Of a stretch of 25,980 nucleotides of DNA, positions 1 to 6,719 are shown one piece after another. Positions within the stretch are counted from its first letter, which is position 1, and every line of letters starts with the position of its first letter. The notes beneath the pieces are model-generated. The model was given only the letters and a program-made list of their open reading frames with translations. It had not been told where the DNA came from and searched no databases. The translations under genes and the position numbers were made by a program. Source of the stretch: a virus (lineage: Duplodnaviria > Caudoviricetes); IMG/VR virus record IMGVR_UViG_3300050154_000099, positions 1 through 25,980 of that record; one strand, given 5' to 3'.

Positions 1-177
1 AAGATTGACCGCGCTGAAATCGCCGCACTGCTGGACTACTCGGTCAAGCATGTGCGCGACTACATCACCAAGCGCCCCGACTTCCCTAAGCCCGTGCAGG
101 CCCTTAGCTCACGCCGGGTCTATTGGAATGAGGCCGATGTACGCCGATGGGCTCAGAAGGTCACCCAAGCCGCTTAG
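1..177 (+). CDS. AlpA-family / excisionase-like DNA-binding protein (5' truncated by window edge)
   Basis: Frame +1 reads KIDRAEIAALLDYSVKHVRDYITKRPDFPKPVQALSSRRVYWNEADVRRWAQKVTQAA*. FPKP...R.YW..ADV..W is the AlpA/Xis winged-helix pattern. Convergent with the integrase; absent from the supplied ORF track. Confidence 0.85.
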   Translation, partial: KIDRAEIAALLDYSVKHVRDYITKRPDFPKPVQALSSRRVYWNEADVRRWAQKVTQAA

Positions 178-1153
178 CGATGTCCCCGGCTGTCTCGCGG
201 TAGTAATGCTCCATGAGAATTTTCAAATCTCGGTGGCCGGAGATTCGCGCAAGCGTCATCACATCCACCTTTCGAGCAAACCGAGTAAGGGCTTCGGCCC
301 GGGCATCATGGAAATGCAAGTCCTCGACAAGCGTGTTTGCCTTGGCCTTGCGGAACAGGGCGTCAAGGCTTGCCGATGTGACCGTGAAGATTCGCGGGGC
401 CATGACAGGGCGAAGCAGGCGCACGGCTTTGGGGAACAGTGGAATTTCGCGCTTGGCACCCGTCAAGTGCTGCGTCTTGTGATCGACCCGGGCCACGCCC
501 TTGTCAAGGTTCACGCAGTCGTCACCAAGCTGCAAGACCTCACCAGCACGCATTCCAGTCCGAAGCGACACAAGGAAGGCAAGCGCCACCTCTTGCATCT
601 TCGTGCGCGGCCTTTCGCCCGTCCTGTACCCAAGCCATCGACAGATCGTTTTAACCTCTCTGGGGTCGATTCTGCGCGTCCTTGGGGGGTTGTCGCCCGG
701 GGCCTTCATGCCCTTGAAAGGATTCCCGCCGCACCACTGCCACTCTTTCCACGCCACATGGAACATGTTGTTGATGATGTTCAATTCGCGCTGCACGCTG
801 CCAGATGTGACCTGTTTCAGTCTGGCGTCACGCCACTCGACCAGATCGGACGTTTTCACATCCGTGAGCATTTTTCCCGCGATGTGCGGGAAGTCGCGGG
901 CGAAGGCATCCAGTCTCAAGGACTCGTGGCGCTCGCCCTTCTTGGTGCTCGAAACGTCCAACTTGTAGCGCTCCATGGCATCAGCAAGCGTCTTTTGCGG
1001 GAATTTTCCCGCCGCGCCATCAAGGATTTCAGCCTCTTGAGCCTGAGCCCAAAGCAGGGCCGCAGCCTTGGTGGTGAAGGTTTTGGACGTGCGCGTGCCG
1101 AGGCGCTCTACTTCGGCTCGCCACTTGTCGCGATACTTTCGGATGTATGCCAT
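161..1153 (-). CDS. int: Tyrosine recombinase / phage integrase (about 330 aa, likely start MAYIRK)
   Basis: Catalytic residues visible: TGMRAGE (R), FHDAR (HxxR), SGH and HYY. N-terminal arm-binding-like WRAEV...SKTF segment; adjacent to the att site. Confidence 0.96.
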   Translation of the reverse strand: MAYIRKYRDKWRAEVERLGTRTSKTFTTKAAALLWAQAQEAEILDGAAGKFPQKTLADAMERYKLDVSSTKKGERHESLRLDAFARDFPHIAGKMLTDVKTSDLVEWRDARLKQVTSGSVQRELNIINNMFHVAWKEWQWCGGNPFKGMKAPGDNPPRTRRIDPREVKTICRWLGYRTGERPRTKMQEVALAFLVSLRTGMRAGEVLQLGDDCVNLDKGVARVDHKTQHLTGAKREIPLFPKAVRLLRPVMAPRIFTVTSASLDALFRKAKANTLVEDLHFHDARAEALTRFARKVDVMTLARISGHRDLKILMEHYYRETAGDIAKRLG

Positions 1154-1158
1154 GGCCC

Positions 1159-1358
1159 GTGCGGGATGTTGTGCGGACTCCGTGCGGGAGTCGATACGAC
1201 GCAAGGCGGCATTGTGCGGGATTTGTGCGGGCTCCGGCGGGCCTGTTTTATACCTCTGTGCGACGTAAAACGATGTATAAAGGCGTTTGTACGTGGTGCC
1301 CCGGGCCGGAATCGAACCCTCCTATGGGGCTTGATGCCATTGCGGAAATTGTGCGGGA
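1159..1358 (+). repeat. Integrase arm-type binding repeats (TT)GTGCGGGA
   Basis: Copies at about 1159-1166, 1169-1178, 1182-1189, 1212-1221 and 1223-1232, and across the core at about 1339-1348 (degenerate) and 1349-1358; spaced 11-12 bp apart in tandem. Confidence 0.8.
1294..1318 (-). other. att core: 3' end of a tRNA (probably tRNA-Leu)
   Basis: Reverse complement GGTTCGATTCCGGCCCGGGGCACCA gives the T-loop, 3' T-stem, acceptor strand, discriminator A and CCA. The 5' part of the tRNA is absent. Confidence 0.88.
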
Positions 1359-1364
1359 TTTGAA

Positions 1365-1526
1365 ATGAAAGCTGAAGCGGATCAAGTCGCAACCGGCTGG
1401 GACACCGGCCTCTGTCAAGACTACAGCCGAGCCCTGTCGCTGTGGTTCGCAAGCCGCATTGATGCGCGGTGGGTTGTGCGCCACCCCCACCACCAAAAAA
1501 CTTGCTGCAACCCCTTGACGCGTTAG
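1365..1526 (+). CDS. Small hypothetical phage protein (53 aa)
   Basis: MKAEADQVATGWDTGLCQDYSRALSLWFASRIDARWVVRH...; weak RBS, below the ORF-track cutoff. Confidence 0.4.
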   Translation: MKAEADQVATGWDTGLCQDYSRALSLWFASRIDARWVVRHPHHQKTCCNPLTR

Positions 1527-1543
1527 CGCTAACGCGGTACAGT
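1515..1543 (+). promoter_or_regulatory. sigma70-type promoter with a perfect 18-bp palindromic operator
   Basis: TTGACG (1515-1520), 17 bp, TACAGT (1538-1543). CGCGTTAGCGCTAACGCG (1519-1536) is a perfect palindrome. Confidence 0.85.
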
Positions 1544-1573
1544 ACACACATCGACAACGCAACGGAGAGCAAC

Positions 1574-1735
1574 ATGAACACCATCGTAATCAACGGCACC
1601 ACCTACAACCTGATCGGCGCCAAGGAAGTCACTGGCAAGCCTGGCCGCAAGGAGCTGAAGCTGCAACGCCCCAACGGTCGCCGCGTCTACTTCGTTGTTG
1701 TGTACGAAAATGGCTCAATGAGCGAGGTGGTCTGA
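1574..1735 (+). CDS. Small hypothetical protein (53 aa, MNTIVING...)
   Basis: GGAGAG RBS before ATG 1574; first gene after the promoter. Confidence 0.8.
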   Translation: MNTIVINGTTYNLIGAKEVTGKPGRKELKLQRPNGRRVYFVVVYENGSMSEVV

Positions 1736-1953
1736 TGAAAGCTACAGGCGTAAGGATCAAGCGCCGCCAACTCGGGCAGCGCGAGTTCGACAGCATTCAG
1801 GTTGCCATTTGTGACCTGCACCTGAGTGCCGATCTGGTGGACGATTCGCAGATCAAAGCCGCAAAGAGGCTGGCGGACGAGCATCAATGCTGGTTTCAGT
1901 ATGACGACCACAACGCGCCCCGCGTGCGCAAAGTCTTGGGGATTGCGGAGTGA
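1735..1953 (+). CDS. Hypothetical protein (72 aa)
   Basis: TGATG overlap with the upstream gene, GAGGTGG RBS. Confidence 0.7.
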   Translation: MKATGVRIKRRQLGQREFDSIQVAICDLHLSADLVDDSQIKAAKRLADEHQCWFQYDDHNAPRVRKVLGIAE

Positions 1954-1996
1954 TGGCAGGCGAATGGAAGCCACTTGGGCCAGGCCCGTCAACCCA

Positions 1997-2290
1997 ATGA
2001 CCACCGCACCACCAACCCCCAAGAAGCCCCGCAAACCCGAGCCCAAGGAGGTCGTAGCAGCCCGCCAGCGAGTCCTAAAGGCGGCGCGTGAGGCTCAGGG
2101 CTCGACGCGGGTTTCGGGGCTGTACGCGAAAACTGACGACCACGCAGTAATCAAGGCGTTTGCCAAAGAGCTTGACAGCCCCACGGGCAATGATGAGCTA
2201 CGCGGCATCTACGCCCCCAAGTCGCAACACGCGGCCCTGAAGGCCGAACTTAGGCGGATCATGGCTGAGAGCAAGGAGAGCAAGAAATGA
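1997..2290 (+). CDS. Putative small DNA-binding protein with a duplicated RHH-like motif (start 1964 or 1997)
   Basis: Basic N-terminus; two internal copies RVSGLYAKTDDHAVIKAF and ELRGIYAPKSQHAALKAE (beta-strand plus helix pattern). Confidence 0.65.
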   Translation: MTTAPPTPKKPRKPEPKEVVAARQRVLKAAREAQGSTRVSGLYAKTDDHAVIKAFAKELDSPTGNDELRGIYAPKSQHAALKAELRRIMAESKESKK

Positions 2291-2700
2291 GCGCGCTAAA
2301 GACAGTCGGCGATTACATCCGGCACTTGCAGCAGTTCCCGGAAGATTGGCCCGTTCATGTGGCAACTCCTGCGGGTGGCGGCGTTTCCATTGAGCACCGC
2401 GAGATAGGCGGCAAGCCGGTTGTCGCTGTGTTTGGAAGTAATGGCGGGCGCTTTGGCGAAAACCCGCTGACAGAAGACGAGTACAACGCCAAAGCAGAAG
2501 AGTTCATGAGACTCAAACGGCTTGGCTATGTCTACACATCAATCCACGGGGATCGCCGCCTTTACAAGCAATCTGGCCTACCAAATGAGACATGCTACGG
2601 CCATCGCTTTGATCGGCGAATTGTCGAACGCATGATCGAAACGGGCATTCTTTCGACGGGCGGAATTGACATTGAGCGCGTCAGATATTTAAGCAAATGA
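2287..2700 (+). CDS. Hypothetical protein (137 aa)
   Basis: ATGA overlap and AAGGAG RBS. Confidence 0.75.
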   Translation: MSALKTVGDYIRHLQQFPEDWPVHVATPAGGGVSIEHREIGGKPVVAVFGSNGGRFGENPLTEDEYNAKAEEFMRLKRLGYVYTSIHGDRRLYKQSGLPNETCYGHRFDRRIVERMIETGILSTGGIDIERVRYLSK

Positions 2701-2710
2701 AGGCCACCCC

Positions 2711-3028
2711 ATGACCGACACAGATAGAGACTTGCTTGAGGGGGCGGCAAAGAGGGCCGCTCCGGAGGTGTTCGGCGAGCCCGGCTGCTACTTCCGTAGG
2801 CTTGAGAACCATTGTGTGACCGGGTGGAATTCGCTTGATGACGATGGCGATGCATGGCGCCTTGCAGTCAAGCTTCATTTCACCGTCGCAGTGCGCCCGC
2901 ATGAGGTCGAGGTGTTCAGTGACGAGACGGGCGAATGCCTTGCCTCGATCAGCACCGAAGGCGAAGACCCCTACGCTTGCGCACGTCGCGCCATTACGAT
3001 GGCCGCAGCCCTAGGAGATGCCAAATGA
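2711..3028 (+). CDS. Conserved phage hypothetical protein (105 aa)
   Basis: The WNSLDDDGDAWRLAVKL...ARRAITMAAA motif is typical of small early-region phage proteins. Confidence 0.8.
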   Translation: MTDTDRDLLEGAAKRAAPEVFGEPGCYFRRLENHCVTGWNSLDDDGDAWRLAVKLHFTVAVRPHEVEVFSDETGECLASISTEGEDPYACARRAITMAAALGDAK

Positions 3029-3261
3029 CCGACAAGCACCTGATTGATGACGCTATGGTCCGCGTTCATGCGCTGGAAGCTGACCATGGCCCCGATGATT
3101 GGCCTGCCATTCAAATGCGCGACTTGGTCATCCTGCGAAACGCCATCATGGAGCTGCGTGCCGAGCTTCACGCGCAACGCGTCGGCCCAATCACTGAAGC
3201 GCAGGGGCTTGCATTCATGCAAATGCGGCAGAACAAGTACGCGAAAGCGGGGCAACCATGA
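3025..3261 (+). CDS. Hypothetical protein (78 aa, MTDKHL...)
   Basis: ATGA overlap, AGGAG RBS. Confidence 0.7.
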   Translation: MTDKHLIDDAMVRVHALEADHGPDDWPAIQMRDLVILRNAIMELRAELHAQRVGPITEAQGLAFMQMRQNKYAKAGQP

Positions 3262-3512
3262 CCGACACAGACCGCATAGCGCAGATGGCGCGAGAGGCAG
3301 GCTTTTCCGTTGAGGAAAATGGCGCGATAAACGATGGCATTGAGACTGCCGCCGACTTCTCCGAAGAACTAACCCGCTTTGCCCGCCTTGTTGCGGAGGA
3401 CTGCGCGAAGGTGGCGGACGACAAGGCCATGGCGATTCGCCTGCTTTGCAATGAGGTGCATGTCGTGCAAGCGGCCCAAGCCATCCGCGCACGCTACAGC
3501 AAGGAGGGGTGA
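3258..3512 (+). CDS. Conserved phage hypothetical protein (84 aa)
   Basis: The IAQMAREAG...RFARLVAEDCAKV...AIRAR pattern is common in betaproteobacterial phages; ATGA overlap. Confidence 0.8.
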   Translation: MTDTDRIAQMAREAGFSVEENGAINDGIETAADFSEELTRFARLVAEDCAKVADDKAMAIRLLCNEVHVVQAAQAIRARYSKEG

Positions 3513-3883
3513 TGCAAGCCGTTCTCTACACTCACGAACTTGAGCCGATCACTGTTCTCAGCATTCAGCCATGGCTTTGGCAAAGGCTGGAGGCTGGCGA
3601 GCCGATCCGCCTTGCGGTCATGGAGCCCGTGCGCCTCACATACGCTGAGCCGGTGACGGCTGATGCCATTCGGTTCATTACCGTCGAAATCAGGGGGGAG
3701 GCTATACAGCGCGGCGGCAATCGAACCCTGATGCTATTCACGAGAAATGAAGAACACGCGCTGTTGCTCAAGTCTGACCTTCTGCCCGGTCAGCGGAGGG
3801 ACGCGCAGCACCGAGAGCGCAAGGCTGGCGCCAAGGGTTTTGCTGAAGGCTTCTTCGCTGCACTGGATGCGCTCGGCCCCTGA
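3512..3883 (+). CDS. Hypothetical protein (about 123 aa)
   Basis: AAGGAGG RBS, TGATG overlap; last gene of the + operon. Confidence 0.75.
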   Translation: MQAVLYTHELEPITVLSIQPWLWQRLEAGEPIRLAVMEPVRLTYAEPVTADAIRFITVEIRGEAIQRGGNRTLMLFTRNEEHALLLKSDLLPGQRRDAQHRERKAGAKGFAEGFFAALDALGP

Positions 3884-3925
3884 TGCGCCTTGCCACGCCT
3901 CCCGGCGATGCGTAAACTCTACATG

Positions 3926-4077
3926 CCTTCACGGCTGGACTGACTGGCAGATGCCCAAGCGCTGCGCTTTTGCGTAGATGGCAGGCCCCTCGGAAGTCCT
4001 CACCAGTCCAGCCGTGAGGGGTCAAAGCAAACGACGCTGGGGGCTCCCGGCTGATGCTGGGTCGTGAGGCCGCCCCA
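3926..4077. ncRNA. Candidate structured RNA between convergent operons
   Basis: A 17-bp stem (3926-3942 with 4004-4020, one G-U on the + strand) encloses inner hairpins; a second stem-loop lies at about 4038-4077. Confidence 0.4.
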
Positions 4078-4078
4078 A

Positions 4079-4315
4079 CTATTCGGTAGCGCCTAAAGGT
4101 TGCGCGGAGGCGCGGCACCTCTCGTACTGATCCGCCGCCCTCGTCGCCCATCGTACCCACCCGCCAAATGTGTCGTCAACCAGCAGGGGCAGAGGCGGGC
4201 AGTTCGCCTTTATCAGCGGGCTCGATTGAGTCGTGACCGGCTGCACTGTTGAGCAACCGCACAGCGTCAGCACCAGAGCGGCAGTCACGAAACACAGGCT
4301 TTTCGATGGTTTCAC
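4079..4315 (-). CDS. Rz1-like outer-membrane lipoprotein (o-spanin)
   Basis: GTG start, hydrophobic stretch ending in lipobox LCGC, Pro-rich CPPLP; overlaps the 3' half of the Rz-like gene in another frame. Confidence 0.85.
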   Translation of the reverse strand: MKPSKSLCFVTAALVLTLCGCSTVQPVTTQSSPLIKANCPPLPLLVDDTFGGWVRWATRAADQYERCRASAQPLGATE

Positions 4316-4547
4316 GCTCGATCCTTTGCACGATGGTCTGATTCTTGACCGTGATCTGTGCGATGCGGTCAGCAGCGGCAGACAGGGCCTTGTCTTGGGC
4401 TTCACGGCTTGCGACGGTGGAAGCATCCCACCTCCCCCGCATCACCTCTTTGCCGTGCCTGTAGCCCACGAAGACGCAAGCCAGGCACACCAGCAAGGAC
4501 ACGAGGGCGCGGGTTGCGATGGCGGGGAGGTTGTAAGCGGGGATCAT
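4176..4547 (-). CDS. Rz-like inner-membrane spanin (i-spanin)
   Basis: N-terminal TM helix, helical periplasmic region, C-terminal PVFRDC...VRLLN; follows the endolysin. Confidence 0.85.
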   Translation of the reverse strand: MIPAYNLPAIATRALVSLLVCLACVFVGYRHGKEVMRGRWDASTVASREAQDKALSAAADRIAQITVKNQTIVQRIERETIEKPVFRDCRSGADAVRLLNSAAGHDSIEPADKGELPASAPAG

Positions 4548-4948
4548 GCAAGCTCCCAATGCGGGCTGTCGGTCTCGCCACGCTCACGCGGCTTGCCGTC
4601 TTGGTCCCAATCGGCGCCCCATCGAATCTTGACCTTGGCCTCACGCGCAGCGGCCTGCATTGCGTTGTTGATCGCGTCAAACTTCTTGGGGTCTGACCAG
4701 TCAATAGAGTCACCAAGCATCGGGGCAAGATCCACAGCGCGGCCTTGAATGTGCTTGCTGTCGAGAGTCCATGTCACAACCTTGCCGGGCTTTGTGCGTC
4801 CCTGAGCGTACAACTCAGCCTGTCGGGCCTTGGTGCGCAAGCCCTCCACCACGATCACATCAAACGGCACGGCCTTGACTGCGCGTTGAACGATGGCGGC
4901 GAGGGATTCGTTGATGCCTTCTAGGCGCTGGGCTTTGATGAGGCTCAT
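4544..4948 (-). CDS. Endolysin, M15-family (L-Ala-D-Glu-type) zinc peptidase
   Basis: EGLRT..RQ..LYAQGRT, SKHIQGRAVD (SxHxxGxAxD), WGADW and DSPHWEL motifs. Confidence 0.93.
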   Translation of the reverse strand: MSLIKAQRLEGINESLAAIVQRAVKAVPFDVIVVEGLRTKARQAELYAQGRTKPGKVVTWTLDSKHIQGRAVDLAPMLGDSIDWSDPKKFDAINNAMQAAAREAKVKIRWGADWDQDGKPRERGETDSPHWELA

Positions 4949-5157
4949 TTGCCGCTCACTTTCTTTTGCTTGACGATCCGGCCATAGACGCCAAGCACCA
5001 GCAGTCCAATCGTCACGTAATGCACAAGATGCGGGGGCAACTCCGCTTTGTGCTCTGCGGGCAACTCCAACCACACACCCTGAGCTACAGCCGCCCATGT
5101 CATCGCCTGGACAGACAGCATCCGCCAGGCCTTGCGCCATTCGGGTATCAGCATCAT
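4945..5157 (-). CDS. Holin candidate (2 TM, 70 aa)
   Basis: LIPEWRKAWRMLSVQ N-terminus, two hydrophobic segments, basic C-terminus; directly upstream of the endolysin. Confidence 0.8.
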   Translation of the reverse strand: MMLIPEWRKAWRMLSVQAMTWAAVAQGVWLELPAEHKAELPPHLVHYVTIGLLVLGVYGRIVKQKKVSGK

Positions 5158-5339
5158 TTGCCTTTCACACGGTCATAGACGGACGCGCCGAACTGGTACG
5201 CGATCCAACACAGGGTTGCGATGTACACCCACTCTTGCAGAGGGATGCCCATTAGCGACAGGCCAGATACAGCAACAGGCACGGCACTTTTGAAAGCGGC
5301 AGAGGCCGCGCTTGGTGCTTCAATCATTCGTTCGCTCAC
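5154..5339 (-). CDS. Holin/antiholin-like small membrane protein (start 5339 or 5327)
   Basis: Hydrophobic VAVSGLSLMGIPLQEWVYIATLCWIAYQ; first gene of the lysis cassette. Confidence 0.7.
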   Translation of the reverse strand: MSERMIEAPSAASAAFKSAVPVAVSGLSLMGIPLQEWVYIATLCWIAYQFGASVYDRVKGK

Positions 5340-5365
5340 GTCTCATCCATAAGGCGACCAGCGTT

Positions 5366-5398
5366 AAAACCTCTGCCCGTGTCGCTGCGGGCGAGAGG
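5366..5398 (-). terminator. Intrinsic terminator-like hairpin between the tail and lysis genes
   Basis: Minus strand CCTCT-C-GCCCG / CGGGC-AGAGG followed by TTTT. Confidence 0.55.
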
Positions 5399-5407
5399 GG
5401 TGAAGCG

Positions 5408-5767
5408 TTAGAAGGCAAACTCGACCGAGAGCGAAACCCCGCCTGCACTTGTCTTGAACTGCGGCAAGAAGGTGGCGCGCAGCCATGAGCGGCCATCAAG
5501 CGAGACAGCCACCGATGGCACAAGCAGGGGGAACACAGGGTGCGCTTTGTAGCCAGCGACAGCGCCAACAATCGCGCCAGCCTTGGCCTTCACAGGGCCG
5601 AGCGTGAGCACGTTGGTTTCAGGCGCCCAGCCTGCCCAAGCGCCGGGGTGGCACTCGCTGTTCTTGAACAGGCCCGCCGTGTAGCCATCAGCAAGCAGGT
5701 ACACGCCCGCCGTGTCGTCGCAAGGCACGGGCGAGGTGTGGAAGGTGTGGAGCAGGAGGCCGATCAT
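5408..5767 (-). CDS. PagP-like / outer-membrane beta-barrel-type protein, no evident signal peptide
   Basis: G.FKNS motif, GAIVGAVAGY, alternating beta-strand pattern, C-terminal beta-signal LSVEFAF. Confidence 0.6.
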   Translation of the reverse strand: MIGLLLHTFHTSPVPCDDTAGVYLLADGYTAGLFKNSECHPGAWAGWAPETNVLTLGPVKAKAGAIVGAVAGYKAHPVFPLLVPSVAVSLDGRSWLRATFLPQFKTSAGGVSLSVEFAF

Positions 5768-6666
5768 GGTGTCAGGCGAACCACAGCAAAGGAGTCGATC
5801 TTGTAGCCCCCGCTTGCCCCAGCCCCTGCGCCTTTTGCCAACCTAAAACGAGCGCCTGCGGCAATATCTGCGGCGGACATGGAGGCGAGAAAGGTGATCG
5901 TCCCTTTTAATGTGCTGAACCCTACTACACAGGACTCATCTCCGGTATCGACGGCTGATGTAGTCCATTTCTGAAGCCTTATGTAGCAATACTCCGTAGC
6001 CGATACCGACCCCGAACCAATGGAAACCTGGGCAACGATCAGATAGCGGCCCGCAATATCGGGGGTGATCTGCCCAGAAGATGCATTAGCCGATAAGGTG
6101 TTATCAGCATCTGCGCTTGCGTAGGTGAGAAAACCGAGACCTGACGCTGTCTGTGCGCCCGATCCGCGCAGAACAGCAAATTTGGGCAACTGCTGCAACG
6201 GCACCGCCTCAAGCGGGTTCACTGCATTGCGGGGGAGGGTCTGAGCGCCTGTGAAGGTGTTGGCCCCAGTGGTCACTGCGGCAGAAGCGGCGCTTGCGGC
6301 AGCAGCGGCAGCACTTGCGGCTGCTGCTGATGTGGCCGCAGCAACGGCCTCGTCCAAGTAGTTCGCCATTGGCTCAGCCCGGCGCGTCCAGACCGTCGAG
6401 CCGTCTGCACGCTTCAGCGCGATGTCGTAGCTGCCGTAGGTGAGATACAGTGGCGCAGGAAGCTCGCCACGTGCGTTCAGCGCGATGTACTGACCACCCG
6501 CACCGTCGCTGGTGTATGAGTGTGCAATCGTCCCGGCCTTGTCGGTGTAGGCGGTCTTGTGGGTTGTCGTGCCGTAGGCGTAGGTGTAAAGTCGGCCACC
6601 TACAAGCGGCGCACCCACGTCGGAAAACTGCTGTAGGCTAAAAAGGCCTGACTGGCTTGCTGTCAT
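5764..6666 (-). CDS. Tail fibre / receptor-binding protein (300 aa)
   Basis: N-terminal virion-attachment motif GAPLVGGRLYTY..GTTT.K..YTD..G, poly-Ala linker, variable beta-rich C-terminus; occupies the P22 gene 9 position. Confidence 0.85.
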   Translation of the reverse strand: MTASQSGLFSLQQFSDVGAPLVGGRLYTYAYGTTTHKTAYTDKAGTIAHSYTSDGAGGQYIALNARGELPAPLYLTYGSYDIALKRADGSTVWTRRAEPMANYLDEAVAAATSAAAASAAAAAASAASAAVTTGANTFTGAQTLPRNAVNPLEAVPLQQLPKFAVLRGSGAQTASGLGFLTYASADADNTLSANASSGQITPDIAGRYLIVAQVSIGSGSVSATEYCYIRLQKWTTSAVDTGDESCVVGFSTLKGTITFLASMSAADIAAGARFRLAKGAGAGASGGYKIDSFAVVRLTP

Positions 6667-6675
6667 TTCTGTCTC

Positions 6676-6693
6676 CGGCGCCGTCTCGGCGTT
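6676..6693 (-). promoter_or_regulatory. Conserved late-gene leader hairpin, tail-fibre copy
   Basis: AACGCCGAGACGGCGCCG, 9 nt before ATG 6666. Confidence 0.7.
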
Positions 6694-6719
6694 AAGAGGT
6701 CAAATCAAAGAGGGATCAG

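Noticed and set aside
161-1153. Integrase as a shufflon/invertase acting on the tail fibre
   Set aside because: No inverted recombination sites or alternative fibre C-termini seen; the adjacent att core explains the gene.
1294-1318. Possible tRNA gene
   Set aside because: Only the 3' 25 nt are present, with no D- or anticodon arm, so it is an att core.
1159-1358. Short repeats as a CRISPR array or iterons
   Set aside because: Units are 8-10 bp without unique 30-40 bp spacers; their position around the att core fits integrase arm sites.
5-1363. 452-aa + strand ORF spanning the integrase
   Set aside because: Antisense shadow of int with no recognisable motifs; it also runs across the att site and the real AlpA-like frame.
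3926-4060. Hammerhead ribozyme (CTGGTGAG / CTGATGC resemble the core)
   Set aside because: No correct CUGANGA plus GAAA core arrangement on either strand.
6270-6350. GCN-rich low-complexity repeat
   Set aside because: It simply encodes the poly-Ala linker of the tail fibre.
5764-6666. Diversity-generating retroelement target
   Set aside because: No reverse transcriptase and no TR/VR repeat pair found in this window.
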